In this document: positions 1-10,429 of the stretch, in pieces
Numbering within the stretch: position 1 is the stretch's first letter
Layout of the letters: every line of letters begins with the position of its first letter
Assembly: GCA_012839865.1 (NCBI GenBank)
Contig: DUMO01000041.1
Location: 4,883 to 68,882, forward strand
Source: Clostridiaceae bacterium
GTDB taxonomy: Bacteria; Bacillota; Clostridia; CAYPLH01; DUMO01
Reading direction: 5' to 3'
DNA: 64,000 nt
The notes under the pieces: generated by a model
The model's database searches: none
What the model saw: the letters and a program-made list of their open reading frames with translations, nothing else
What the model was told of the DNA's origin: nothing
Position numbers and translations under genes: made by a program

Positions 1-1199
1 AATTTCTTAAACCACGGTACTGAAAATATCATGGAACCTATTTTTTCGCTTACAGGCAAGTCCCGGTCAAATACTCTTATGTCATCTTTTGAATTTGCCA
101 GTCTTGTAGGCTTGCCATGTCCGTAGATATCACATGTATTGAAAACCGGGTGGGTATGGAGTGGATTGTTGCAGCCTGCTATGCAGTTTGCGACCCCCTC
201 TGCCCTCACAGCTTCTGTAAACCGGGTAATCGAAAGCCCTCCAAGCTCATTCTTATTGTACAACGCATATGGTAAATACCAACCGGCCATATTGCTTCCT
301 GAGCCTTCCAGTACCCTATGGGGTTTGATTGCAGACATACTTTCCAATTGCTTCCAGAAATAATCCATGGCTTTTCTAATCTCGGCACACCTTTCATCAT
401 AATACTTAAGCTGGACTCTCCCAACTGCGGAGCTGAGCTGATGCATACGGTACTTGTAACCCCCCAGGGGCAGTCCTATATATTTTCTCAATTCCTTATT
501 CTGAATCCTGTCATCAAATCTTTCATAATGGCCAAATGCAATTGCTCTTTCATATATGTCCCTGTCATTTGTAACCAGTATGCCGCCTTCGCCTATGGCA
601 AAAGATTTTCCGCTCATAAGGGACATGGCTGCAACGTCGCCAAAAGTACCGAGTTTTTTTCCTTTATACAGCCCCCCCTGGGCATGGGAAACGTCTTCTA
701 TCACTTTCAGGTTGTGTTTTTTGGCAATAGCCAATATGCGGTCCATATCAGCAGGATATGAAAGATAATGTACAACCATGATAGCTTTCGTATTTTTAGT
801 AATTCTTTTTTCAATGCTGTCAGGATCAATGCACAGTGTTTCAGGGTCAATATCCGCAAAAACAACCGTACCGCCCAGTGAAAACACCTGTGCTACGGAT
901 GCCCAATAAGTTATACTTGGACAAATTATCTCATCGCCTATTCCGATTCCGCATCCAAACATTGCTGCATGAAGTGCGGAAGTTCCGTTGTTGAAAGCCA
1001 ATGCATACTTAGTTCCCTGCCATGCAGCAAACTCTTTTTCAAATTCGACCGTAACATCGGTTCCTGACATGGCACACCTGTCTAATACATCCAGTACAGC
1101 CTTTTTATCTTCTTCTGTTATTATTGGCCACTTGAATATCTCGTTGTGACTTTGTTTTATTGTTTTTTCTCCTCCAAGTATTGCAAGCTTATTTGACAT
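1..1199 (-). CDS. DegT/DnrJ/EryC1/StrS-family PLP-dependent aminotransferase (3' end beyond the window)
   Basis: Not in the ORF track because it has no stop inside the window. Hand translation from ATG 1199 (RBS GGAGGG): MSNKLAILGG...NNGTSALHAAMFGCGIGIGDEIICPSITYWAS...VIEDVSHAQG...SLMSGKSFAIGEGG...GYKYRM. These are the family motifs, including the PLP lysine region. Confidence 0.9.
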   Translation of the reverse strand, partial: MSNKLAILGGEKTIKQSHNEIFKWPIITEEDKKAVLDVLDRCAMSGTDVTVEFEKEFAAWQGTKYALAFNNGTSALHAAMFGCGIGIGDEIICPSITYWASVAQVFSLGGTVVFADIDPETLCIDPDSIEKRITKNTKAIMVVHYLSYPADMDRILAIAKKHNLKVIEDVSHAQGGLYKGKKLGTFGDVAAMSLMSGKSFAIGEGGILVTNDRDIYERAIAFGHYERFDDRIQNKELRKYIGLPLGGYKYRMHQLSSAVGRVQLKYYDERCAEIRKAMDYFWKQLESMSAIKPHRVLEGSGSNMAGWYLPYALYNKNELGGLSITRFTEAVRAEGVANCIAGCNNPLHTHPVFNTCDIYGHGKPTRLANSKDDIRVFDRDLPVSEKIGSMIFSVPWFKK

Positions 1200-1270
1200 A
1201 AAATACCCTCCATTAAATATTTTATTCATAACCGCATTATGCCAGGTACATGCCATAATCTTTTATCATA

Positions 1271-2563
1271 TTAATTTTTTAATTTAACCACAAACTCGGT
1301 AAAATAGAAACTTGGAAAGGCATAAATTCTTGCATTTTTTCCGTGTCGCGCCAGAGCCATATCGACTGCCTCCTGAGGAGAATCAGCATATTCCATACCA
1401 AGTTTTGCTGCCTCTTCACGATTTATTCCTTCACTTACAAGAATCGTTCGAATTCCCTTTGCCCACTTTTCTGCGCCGTGGCAAAGATGCCCTGCAGCAG
1501 TCAAGTCCGTTATTTCGCCGCGTTCCACCATGCCTTTTACTTCATCCAAAGGTCTGTACCCGTATTTTATGATATCGGGATGCTCGTCACATATGCCGTC
1601 TTCACATCTGGCAAACAGTACAACAGTACCCCCTTCCTTCATAATTAGCTCGCTCCAGTTAGGCCCTGTTGCATTGCCCCACATATTAGTCTGGCCGCTG
1701 GAAGCCCCGACAATGAATATGTCTGCCTTTTCTTCAATTTCAAGGGTAAAATACGGGCTGGCAGCTTCACAGCATGCCCGGTGGGCATCAATAAAATGGC
1801 CTGCAAATGCTTTAGAAAGCCTGTATTGCCTGTCCAGCACACAGTTAACAATAAAATCAAGGCCCACCTGTTCCGCAATCTGCTCCATTTCGCGACGTAC
1901 AACATTATTATTATGCCCGAGGATTTCTGATACAGGGTATTGTGCAGCAAGCCAATGGGTATATCCGGTGGTTCTGAATCCTGAGACTCCCGGTTGTATC
2001 ATCTTGGCGCCTCCGGACCACCCGGCATCTCTGTGGGGCTTTACTGCTCCGACAGCAATTTTGACATCTGTTTCAAGAACATGCCTGTTTATATCAATCG
2101 GGGTCCCATTTGGTGTGGTTCCGACATGTACGAGTTGATTTTCATCCCACCACTCATGGTTGTAAATCCTGTTTTTGAATCTTTCATATAATACTGAACC
2201 GAAGTGATGCTCCATCTCTTCTTCCGTCATGGCCCTGTGCGTACCTGAACCGATTAAAAATTTAATATTCTCTTCCTTAATACCTCCTGCAAGAATTTCA
2301 TCTATAACGGGAGGTATGACAAAATCTAGCGGAAATTTTCTTGTCCTGTCCGGAACCATGATAAGGACTGTATTTTTCCCCCTTACAATCTCACTAAGCC
2401 TATCGGTGCCAATTGGTTTTAAAAGGGCTCTTCTAACCTCTGCGTCAGGGTTGGAGGCGGCGCAGGCATCACCAACCTCAATTATTTTAATCAGCGACTC
2501 CTCCGGAATCTGAACCGATACACTTTTGTAGCCATACGAAAACTCTACCGCAACATTTGCCAT
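1271..2563 (-). CDS. LarA-family (nickel-pincer lactate racemase-like) 2-hydroxy-acid racemase/epimerase
   Basis: Motifs PDRTR, GSGTHR and PHRDAGWSGGAKMIQPG. Start moved from 2653 to ATG 2563, which follows RBS AAGGAG. Confidence 0.85.
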   Translation of the reverse strand: MANVAVEFSYGYKSVSVQIPEESLIKIIEVGDACAASNPDAEVRRALLKPIGTDRLSEIVRGKNTVLIMVPDRTRKFPLDFVIPPVIDEILAGGIKEENIKFLIGSGTHRAMTEEEMEHHFGSVLYERFKNRIYNHEWWDENQLVHVGTTPNGTPIDINRHVLETDVKIAVGAVKPHRDAGWSGGAKMIQPGVSGFRTTGYTHWLAAQYPVSEILGHNNNVVRREMEQIAEQVGLDFIVNCVLDRQYRLSKAFAGHFIDAHRACCEAASPYFTLEIEEKADIFIVGASSGQTNMWGNATGPNWSELIMKEGGTVVLFARCEDGICDEHPDIIKYGYRPLDEVKGMVERGEITDLTAAGHLCHGAEKWAKGIRTILVSEGINREEAAKLGMEYADSPQEAVDMALARHGKNARIYAFPSFYFTEFVVKLKN

Positions 2564-2659
2564 TTTAATTTTCTCCTTTAATCCGTTATAACTTTTCTCT
2601 TGCAGAATTCTCTTTTTTTGAACCTTAAGACCATCAGCACAATGTCTAACCACTAAACA

Positions 2660-2709
2660 AAGCTATATTCCGTTTTGCCGGCATGAATCAACAAAACGGA
2701 ATATAGCTT
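2660..2709. repeat. Perfect 18-bp inverted repeat (intra-operon stem-loop)
   Basis: aagctatattccgttttg (2660-2677) / caaaacggaatatagctt (2692-2709), between the oxidoreductase and the larA-like gene. Confidence 0.8.
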
Positions 2710-2722
2710 AAGACACATTATT

Positions 2723-3748
2723 TTATAAAGGAAGGGATACAGGTTGGCCGGATTCAATCGAACGGTGAATTCCCTCAACAATTTCAGCTACCTTGCGTGC
2801 CTCTTTTCCGGATGTTACAGGTTCCTTGTTATTCAAAAGGCAATCTACAAAATGTTCAAGACTTATCCTGAATGCACCCTGCAGCTTTCCGTTTACCCTG
2901 CATGAAATAGACAATTTGGGAAAAGTGTACACTTCAGGAGTTGCATACTCGAAGGACTCGCTCTTTCTGTCAAGATGCACCACTCCATGCTCTCCAACAA
3001 TCTCAATATATGAATCAGTAGGAGTCGGGAAAGTATCCGGATATATCCAGCCTGATTCAAATGTTGCTATTGCACCGTTTTCAAATTCCACAAGAGCCTG
3101 AACAGCATCCAGAGTATCGTATCCTTTGCTTTTCAATACTTTGGCATATGCCCTGGCATATACTGATTTGGCTTCACAACCAATAAACCATCTTACAAGG
3201 TCAATGTCATGGCTTGACAGAAATGCTGCAGGAGTCGATTCTGCAAGCCAGCCCCACGACTTTGTAATAACTCCTATAGTATCATTCTTCCTTGCATATG
3301 CCATTGCAACATTCCCTATTTTTCCCGATTCTATCAAGCTTTTTGTATTAAAATATGATGCTGCCCATCTGTGAGAAAAGTTGACCATCAGAGTTTTGCC
3401 CTGTTTTTCGGCAAACTTTATCATTTCATCGCAATCCTCAAGCTTGGTTGCCAGCGGTTTTTCAACCAACACATGCTTTCCGGCCTGGAGAGCTGCAATT
3501 ACAGGAGCTTTATGCATGCTGTCAGGTAAAGATATTGCAACGGCATCAATATCACATTTTGAAAGCATGGTTTCATAGTCTTTGAAACAGTCTGCCTTAA
3601 CGCCGATTCGCTCACATAATTTCTTTGCCTTGTCAACATCAAGATCTACAAGGGCACTTAATTCTGTCTCAGGCATGCCTGCAAAAATTTCTGCATGCTG
3701 TGAGCCCATGGTACCGACTCCAATAACACCTATTCGTAATTTCTTCAT
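2723..3748 (-). CDS. Gfo/Idh/MocA-family NAD(P)-dependent oxidoreductase
   Basis: Rossmann motif GVIGVGTMG, AGKHVLVEKP, SHDID. Start ATG 3748 follows GGAGG. Confidence 0.92.
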   Translation of the reverse strand: MKKLRIGVIGVGTMGSQHAEIFAGMPETELSALVDLDVDKAKKLCERIGVKADCFKDYETMLSKCDIDAVAISLPDSMHKAPVIAALQAGKHVLVEKPLATKLEDCDEMIKFAEKQGKTLMVNFSHRWAASYFNTKSLIESGKIGNVAMAYARKNDTIGVITKSWGWLAESTPAAFLSSHDIDLVRWFIGCEAKSVYARAYAKVLKSKGYDTLDAVQALVEFENGAIATFESGWIYPDTFPTPTDSYIEIVGEHGVVHLDRKSESFEYATPEVYTFPKLSISCRVNGKLQGAFRISLEHFVDCLLNNKEPVTSGKEARKVAEIVEGIHRSIESGQPVSLPL

Positions 3749-3919
3749 AGTAACCTCCATCCTTAATATAAAGATTATTTATAATAAATGTCCAAAAAAG
3801 CACGAACTGAAACTGACCTACACAATATACATTTGACAGACTAATAAACTGTATATTTTATAGGGAATTTTTACTATGCTTTTCCAGGCATTAAGCATCT
3901 TTCGCCAAAAACTTAAAAA

Positions 3920-4756
3920 TCAACCCTTAACTGCACCTTCAATAAGTCCTTTCAACAAGTAGTTCCTGAACACCAGCGTAATAATTACCGTTGGAAGCGC
4001 TGATAGTATGGCACTGGCAGCCGCCCCGCCATAATCTGTAAAGTAAATTCCTGAAAACGATGAGGCAAACACCGTCAAAGGTATGCTTTTTGACAGGGTT
4101 AAGGGCAGTGCAATCAATAATTCGCCCCATACAAGTATAAAAGTTACAATTCCAGCAGATATCAGTCCTGGTCTCGACATGGGTAGAATTATTTCCAGGA
4201 AAATCTGAAATCTCTTGCATCCATCTATTAAACCTGCTTCCTCCATTTCCCTGGGTATGCTTTTGAAAAAGCCTAAAAGCACCCACATGGATACAGGCAG
4301 CGTAAATACCAAAATAGCAATAATGAATCCGGCCAGGGTATCTATCAGGTTGAGGCTTCTCATGATAAGAAATATTGGTATCAGGAAGGCAACCGCCGGA
4401 CCCATCTGTATGCTGTAATTTGAAAACAAAATGAATGATTTTCCCTTAAAATTCAGCCTGGCAATTGCGTAAGCCCCCATACTGGCAAATGCAAGAGTCA
4501 ATATAGTGGTGGTTAAGGATACTATAATACTGTTTCTTAAGGATAACATAAACTTATCATTGTTCAAAAGCTTTCTATAATTTTCAAACCAGTTGGCAAA
4601 TTCAATTTTAGGCGGTATGCTTGTAAGATTAACCTGCGATTGAAAGCTTGTAAGGAGCATCCAAAAAAACGGTGCCATATAAAAAATAATAAAACAAAAC
4701 ACAAAAAAGTAAGTGAAAAATATCGCAAGATTTCTTTTAAGTCTGTTTGTCTTCAT
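3920..4756 (-). CDS. Carbohydrate ABC transporter permease (MalG-like)
   Basis: Multiple TM segments; EAA loop EEAGLIDG. Confidence 0.92.
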   Translation of the reverse strand: MKTNRLKRNLAIFFTYFFVFCFIIFYMAPFFWMLLTSFQSQVNLTSIPPKIEFANWFENYRKLLNNDKFMLSLRNSIIVSLTTTILTLAFASMGAYAIARLNFKGKSFILFSNYSIQMGPAVAFLIPIFLIMRSLNLIDTLAGFIIAILVFTLPVSMWVLLGFFKSIPREMEEAGLIDGCKRFQIFLEIILPMSRPGLISAGIVTFILVWGELLIALPLTLSKSIPLTVFASSFSGIYFTDYGGAAASAILSALPTVIITLVFRNYLLKGLIEGAVKG

Positions 4757-4780
4757 TATTATCTCCCTTTATAGTAAAGA

Positions 4781-5677
4781 TTAAGTGTTGTCACGGTTAA
4801 AGGTCTTATAATACAGCAGTATCATAAGCAGAATTATAACAGTGAAAATATACCCCAATGCTGATCCATAACTCATGTTTAAATAATTGAAGGCCTGTTG
4901 GTATATATACATATAGGTTATCATTGTATTGGTACCCGGACCGCCGCCTGTCATGATAAATATGGTGTCAAATGTCTTGAGTCCCCATGTCGTAAGCAGA
5001 ATCAATACCGACATCAAAACAATTTTTATACCCGGCAATGTAACATAGAAAAACCTTTGTGCTGCATTTGCCCCGTCAAGTTCAGCCGCTTCATATAAAG
5101 AAACAGAAATATTCTGAAAGCCGGTAAAACAAAGCAATCCTGCGAATGGAGCATTACGCCATATTTCAACAATTGCAGCCATTGCCAAAGCTTTCCATGT
5201 CGATTCCATAAACCACCACTTGTATGAATTTATCAAACCAAATTGCTTGAGCAAAAAGTTGAGAATTCCATAGTTGCCATCAAATATCCACTTCCACATC
5301 AAACCGCCAACCACACGGGGAACAGCCCATGGAAGCAAGCTCAGCAAAAGAAAAAATTCTTTTCTTTTTATGTACTTGCTGTTTAATAATGAAGCAAACA
5401 AAAGTCCGAATACTGTACTGCCTGTAACAATTAAAAGAACAAAGAATCCTGTTTTCGGAAGGCTCTGTAAAAATATTTGATCACTGAAAGCCTTGACATA
5501 GTTGCCAAACCCTATTACCTTGGGTTTTGCCGCAATATTCAGCCTCCAGTTTAAAAAACTTACATAGAAGGAATAAAGAATTGGAAACAAGCCCATCAAT
5601 AAAAATACGGAAAACATGGGGCCTACCATTTTATAAGCAAAAAGAGATTCTTGCAAAGCTTGACTTTTCCTTTTCAT
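4781..5677 (-). CDS. Carbohydrate ABC transporter permease (MalF-like)
   Basis: TM segments; LYEAAELDGA; TGGGPG. Start set at ATG 5677 after GAAAGGA. Confidence 0.92.
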   Translation of the reverse strand: MKRKSQALQESLFAYKMVGPMFSVFLLMGLFPILYSFYVSFLNWRLNIAAKPKVIGFGNYVKAFSDQIFLQSLPKTGFFVLLIVTGSTVFGLLFASLLNSKYIKRKEFFLLLSLLPWAVPRVVGGLMWKWIFDGNYGILNFLLKQFGLINSYKWWFMESTWKALAMAAIVEIWRNAPFAGLLCFTGFQNISVSLYEAAELDGANAAQRFFYVTLPGIKIVLMSVLILLTTWGLKTFDTIFIMTGGGPGTNTMITYMYIYQQAFNYLNMSYGSALGYIFTVIILLMILLYYKTFNRDNT

Positions 5678-5695
5678 GTTGAATCCTTTCTTATC

Positions 5696-5723
5696 AGGGG
5701 ATATCTTCAACAAGATATCCCCT
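5696..5723. repeat. Stem-loop right after the solute-binding protein gene
   Basis: aggggatatctt-caac-aagatatcccct; no U-tract follows in the operon (minus) direction. Confidence 0.7.
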
Positions 5724-5757
5724 TTTTAATATCATCAAATTTTACAAAAACCAGCTT

Positions 5758-7047
5758 TTATTTGTATTGGGAAATTATGTCCTTAACCTTTGCTGCTGCA
5801 TCATCCAAAGCCTGTTTTGCTGTCTTCTTGCCCTGCACTGCAAGTAAAAGCTCAGGTCCCAAAGTGTCCTGAAGTTCTGTTGTGTATGGAGCTGCAAATC
5901 TCATGGTAGGATACTTGGATTGTTCAGCAGCGTACTGGAACAAAGGACTGCTGGCCAATACTTCCTGGTCCTCAAACAATGAGTTTACTACAGGATACCA
6001 TCCGGTTTTCAGAACCATCTTCTTTTGGACATCGTTGGATGAAAGGAATTTGATAAGATCAAGTGCTGCTTCTTTGTTCTGGGAATACTTGGATATCGAA
6101 TGTCCTTCGGATCCTGTAATAGCACCGGTGGTCTTTATAGAAGGAACCCTGGTTACAACGCAATGTCCTGCAAAAGCAGACTGTGCCGGATCGTTTGCCA
6201 TTACATAAGTTGCTGCCCATTCCCAGGTCATTGCATTAAGACCTTTATTCCATCTTTCCCTCTTGTCAGTTCCAAATACGATACCATATGATGCCGGGTC
6301 TATAACTCCCAAATTAACCAATTCCACGATTTTTTCAAGGGCTTCCACACCTTCAGGTTCGTTGAACTTGATATTGTCATTGCTGTCAACTATTTGACCT
6401 CCGGTAAGCACCAGCACATCCTGGAAAGATATTAACAGGTTGTTGTTGTTACCCATTCCAAATAGTAAACCGTATTCGTCCTTATCCTTGTTTGTCGTGG
6501 CTTTTGCGTATTCAACCATTTCATCCCATGTTTCCGGAAGCTTTGTAATTCCTGCTTTTTGCAATGCCAGCTCATTGCAGTAAAATCCTCTTATGCTGAA
6601 GAACTTGGGCAAGCCATATCTTCTTCCTTTATAAGTGACGCAGTTTAATGCACCCGGTACATACTTATCCCATTCATCTTTTGTAAGTTTGTCCGTAAGA
6701 TCTTCAAGATGCCCGGCATTACCAAATTCTGCAGTCCAGCCGACCCAGGTCCAGAGTACGTCAACTTCTGCAGATTTTGCTGCAAAAATTGTTGTGAGCT
6801 GTGTATGCAGGTTATCCATGGCAATTTCCGTAAAGTCGACATCAATGCCTGTTGCTTTCTCAAAATCCGGAATGTATGGTGATATAATCATATTGTCTCC
6901 TGATCCATCCGGTGCAGAAAGCACAACAAGCTTGGTGGTCTTTGGAGTCTGAGTGCCTCCGCCATCTCCTGATGGTGTATTCAATACACAGCCAACCAAA
7001 GATAAAGAAAGAAGTGCTACCAAAATGATGCAAAGCAGTTTTTTCAT
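5758..7047 (-). CDS. Sugar ABC transporter substrate-binding lipoprotein (family 1)
   Basis: Signal peptide with lipobox LVGC; YKGRRYGLP; C-terminal KTAKQALDDAA; adjacent permeases. Confidence 0.92.
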   Translation of the reverse strand: MKKLLCIILVALLSLSLVGCVLNTPSGDGGGTQTPKTTKLVVLSAPDGSGDNMIISPYIPDFEKATGIDVDFTEIAMDNLHTQLTTIFAAKSAEVDVLWTWVGWTAEFGNAGHLEDLTDKLTKDEWDKYVPGALNCVTYKGRRYGLPKFFSIRGFYCNELALQKAGITKLPETWDEMVEYAKATTNKDKDEYGLLFGMGNNNNLLISFQDVLVLTGGQIVDSNDNIKFNEPEGVEALEKIVELVNLGVIDPASYGIVFGTDKRERWNKGLNAMTWEWAATYVMANDPAQSAFAGHCVVTRVPSIKTTGAITGSEGHSISKYSQNKEAALDLIKFLSSNDVQKKMVLKTGWYPVVNSLFEDQEVLASSPLFQYAAEQSKYPTMRFAAPYTTELQDTLGPELLLAVQGKKTAKQALDDAAAKVKDIISQYK

Positions 7048-7372
7048 GTACTTATCCTCCCTTATTGAAATTTTTTACCTCTTAAAAATAGAGATCTATA
7101 ATCTACCGTTAGCACGGTAAATTTTTTATTAATTCGATTCAAAATTGTTTTTAACAAGGATAAGCCTTTGCAAATATGTTAATAGGCTGCCAACTGTCTT
7201 ATTCTCTTATATTTCAACCGTATGGTTCAACATATGGATAATCATCTTTGCATCATCAAATATTTCTGTTTAACTGTTCAAGTTGGTTCTAAAGATAAGT
7301 CTAAAATATTGTTAGTCTAAAACTGCATCTATGTAAAATAAATCTTGCGAATTTTCTATTTACATCATATTC

Positions 7373-7438
7373 ATTTTATAATCTTTTCCATGCAATTTCT
7401 TTGCAAATATTTTATTATTCTTGATTGATATTACATTT
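7373..7438 (-). promoter_or_regulatory. Putative AraC-activated promoter/operator, copy 1 (ABC operon)
   Basis: Minus strand AAATGTAATATCAATCAA-N16-GCAAAG-N20-TAAAAT; identical layout at 11411-11476. Confidence 0.65.
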
Positions 7439-7452
7439 TAATGTTGTCCATT

Positions 7453-8376
7453 TCACCCGCCAAGTTTCCTGTAAGCTGTTGGAGACAGTCCTGTATGTTG
7501 TTTAAACAGCCGGTTGAAATGGCTTATGTTTTTGAAACCTGATTCATAGCAAATATCAAGTATCTTTTTGTGTGATTGCTTAAGAAGTTCCATGGATTTT
7601 GAGATTCGAAGCCCGTTCAGATATTCCACAAAGGTTTTGCCGGTTACATTCTTGAAAAAATAACAGAAATATGATTTTGACAGCATTGCCTTTGACGCAA
7701 TAAAGTCTATCGAAAAATCCTCTGTATAATTTTCATTGATATATTGTATTGCTTTCATGATTGAGCCTCTGTGGCTGTCATAAAGTAAGCTGTCCTGATT
7801 TGTTTCAATGCTTTTTGAAAATTCCCTGCCAACAATTACGAGCAGATTAAGAAGAAGTGCTCTTATTATTAAATCGAATCCAACCATTCTGTTTTTATAT
7901 TCATGCAATACATTGTTTAAAATTCTTTCCACTTCAATCTGTATCTCGCCTGCCAGGTTCAACCTTGGTTTAACCTGACTCTCACTGACCAGAAAGGGTT
8001 CTATGTAAGCAAAATCGAAAAATGACCTTATATTTTCTATACTGTTGAAGTTTTGATTTATAAATTCCGGTTCAAACTCAAATTCGATAATCTCTATGTC
8101 TACATCGTCAACAGGCATGATTTGATGAGGAATATATGGCGGTATGATGAAAATGTCTCCTTTGACTATATCGAATGAATGGTTGTTTATAACATGTCTG
8201 CCCCTGCCCTGGCATATGTAATTTGTCTGCACATAATTGTGTCTGTGCAACTCAGGTGTTATTGTGTTTCTGTTGTATTTCCTTATGTAAAACAGCAGTC
8301 CCCCGTTATTGTTATCCTTCATGGTTAATAGAGGTATCTTTTTGAATCGCACATCATCGAAATTGCTAAAATCCAT
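7453..8376 (-). CDS. AraC-family transcriptional regulator with N-terminal cupin ligand domain
   Basis: LHRHNY cupin motif; C-terminal ICYESGFKNISHFNRLFKQHTGLSPTAYR. Confidence 0.93.
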   Translation of the reverse strand: MDFSNFDDVRFKKIPLLTMKDNNNGGLLFYIRKYNRNTITPELHRHNYVQTNYICQGRGRHVINNHSFDIVKGDIFIIPPYIPHQIMPVDDVDIEIIEFEFEPEFINQNFNSIENIRSFFDFAYIEPFLVSESQVKPRLNLAGEIQIEVERILNNVLHEYKNRMVGFDLIIRALLLNLLVIVGREFSKSIETNQDSLLYDSHRGSIMKAIQYINENYTEDFSIDFIASKAMLSKSYFCYFFKNVTGKTFVEYLNGLRISKSMELLKQSHKKILDICYESGFKNISHFNRLFKQHTGLSPTAYRKLGG

Positions 8377-8760
8377 TAAGTAAACACCCTTTCAATTGTG
8401 AAGAACAGAATTTTGTGTTCCAATTGCAAGTTTATTGCCGGTGTTATGCAATTACATTATATAATAGTCTGCACAAAATTTAAAGTAAATTTCTGCCTTA
8501 TTGTTAATAAAGCCTTATTTAAGTTTCCTGGCCGTAGTATATCTGATTTCATTTATTTCCATATGAACTTTAGCATGATGCCACTTTCAAAATATATAAT
8601 TAAAAATTGCAAAAAAATGTCTTCCCGGGGGATATAAAATTCAATAAACGAATTTATATTACGGAAAGACTGGGCAGTTTTAGTATACTATTTTTGTGAA
8701 ATCTCTGTTTTATTACATATATAAGAGGCTTTTCAGTGATTAAATGTTTTACAATCATGT

Positions 8761-9552
8761 TTATCTGTTTTCCAAAATTCTTTTTATATTAAGCCCCAGA
8801 ATATCTTTTTTCTCATCATCCGAAAGACGGGCTAATGCTACTCTTCCGAAGGCCGCTCTCGGATCAAAAAAGGGCATGTCGGAACCGTACAAAAGTTTCC
8901 TGGACCCGACTTGGCTTACAAACCATTCGACATTTCCTTCCCGAACCATTGAAACCGTTAAATCTGCGTAAACATTCACGTTGCTGTTTACTACATTTAT
9001 AGTCTCTTCCATTGCCCTTACATCGCCGCCGGAGTGGCCTGCTATAAACCTTATTTCCGGGTATTTTTCAGCCAGTTTTCCAATAATCCGGATGTCTCCT
9101 ATACCCCATGTGTGTATTAGAACCGGAAAACGCATTTCGTTGGCAAATTCATATGCAATATGGTAATTCTTATAGTCTATGGGGACCTGATGACATTCCG
9201 GATGAAGCTTGATACCCCTCATGCCGGGTACTTTCAGGCATCTTTCAATCTCATTTAACATATCTTTCGGGTAATGAGGATTTAGGGTTATATAGCCGAT
9301 AAAGCGGTCAGGATATTTGGTTACGGCATCAATTATCATATTATTGCCATAAATGTAGTCCGGGCCTATTGATGCATGGGCGGCAACAAAAGCCATGTTT
9401 ATTCCGATGGCGTCCATGCTCTCAAGCATTCCCTCCGCTGTATTGTTGGGAGCATTAAACTGGTAGTAAAAACCCATATGACAGTGGCTGTCAATTATAA
9501 GAGTATCATCAAGGGTCTGACCCATCCTTACCCTGTTGAACATACTATTCAT
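8761..9552 (-). CDS. Amidohydrolase-family (TIM-barrel metal-dependent hydrolase) protein
   Basis: IIDSHCH, GIKLHP, VLIH, IAGHSGG, LLYGSDMP. Confidence 0.88.
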   Translation of the reverse strand: MNSMFNRVRMGQTLDDTLIIDSHCHMGFYYQFNAPNNTAEGMLESMDAIGINMAFVAAHASIGPDYIYGNNMIIDAVTKYPDRFIGYITLNPHYPKDMLNEIERCLKVPGMRGIKLHPECHQVPIDYKNYHIAYEFANEMRFPVLIHTWGIGDIRIIGKLAEKYPEIRFIAGHSGGDVRAMEETINVVNSNVNVYADLTVSMVREGNVEWFVSQVGSRKLLYGSDMPFFDPRAAFGRVALARLSDDEKKDILGLNIKRILENR

Positions 9553-10300
9553 ACTTTACACCCCCAAGCAGCTTTTCAAGATTACCATATGCAATCATCC
9601 GTTTTTCTTCATCGCTTATCCTGGCAAAATTAATCATTGTTATAGCAGAGGCCAGGGAACTTACCGGGGTTCCGCTTCCAAATATGAAACGCCCTGCACC
9701 AAACTTTTTGCAAATTTCCTCTATTCCATGATGCTGTTTATATCCGTAGGTCTCAATGCATAAGTTATCAAATTTTTGCAATAATGGATAAAGATTTCTG
9801 TCAGCTCTGTAGTTTAAATCCGTTAAAACAATATTCAGTTTCGGAAAGCCGGTGCAAAGTTCATAAATTTCATTCCAGGTTAACTGGTCCAATCCAACAA
9901 ACAGAGGGATTCCACTTTTTTCAAGCATTGAAAAAAGCTCCCCGCAGACCCAGTTTGATATGCTGTAAAAATGGTCTTTTATTGAGGGGAATATCTTCAC
10001 AGCTTTGACATTATTCTGCCTAAGTTGCTTCAAAAGCTCATCAGGTTCCGGAAATTCTCCCGTATGGTGGGGCATTACAACCCACATTGGATACAGGCAG
10101 GGGTACTTGCTTATATCCTCCATAAGCATTCTGTTTCCTATGCATGGATTGTATTCTTTAGCAATTGAGTGATAAACCAGAGCTTTTTTTATACCAAAGT
10201 GATTCATATTTTCCACTAACTCTTCCACTGTCCAATATGAACCGGGATTTACCACACTTCTTCTTCCAAAAAAGCAGCTTGAATCAAAGAACTCCAGCAT
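9545..10300 (-). CDS. Amidohydrolase-fold protein with degenerate metal ligands
   Basis: Same layout as its neighbour (RFIFGSGTP, ISDEEKRMIAYGNL), but DSSCF replaces DxHxH and GSGTP replaces GSD. Overlaps the neighbour by 8 bp. Confidence 0.75.
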   Translation of the reverse strand: MLEFFDSSCFFGRRSVVNPGSYWTVEELVENMNHFGIKKALVYHSIAKEYNPCIGNRMLMEDISKYPCLYPMWVVMPHHTGEFPEPDELLKQLRQNNVKAVKIFPSIKDHFYSISNWVCGELFSMLEKSGIPLFVGLDQLTWNEIYELCTGFPKLNIVLTDLNYRADRNLYPLLQKFDNLCIETYGYKQHHGIEEICKKFGAGRFIFGSGTPVSSLASAITMINFARISDEEKRMIAYGNLEKLLGGVKYE

Positions 10301-10429
10301 ATAATCACCTTCTGTTAAATTTGAATATCCTGAAAAGCTACATTATGCGCAAACATGATTTTGATGGTTTTAATTTTAGAGTAAAATCCAGTATAAATCT
10401 TCTTATATCATACAAAATAATTGATTTTT

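Noticed and set aside
139-768. Four short track ORFs at the window start
   Set aside because: Shadows of the DegT aminotransferase frame on the minus strand (1-1199).
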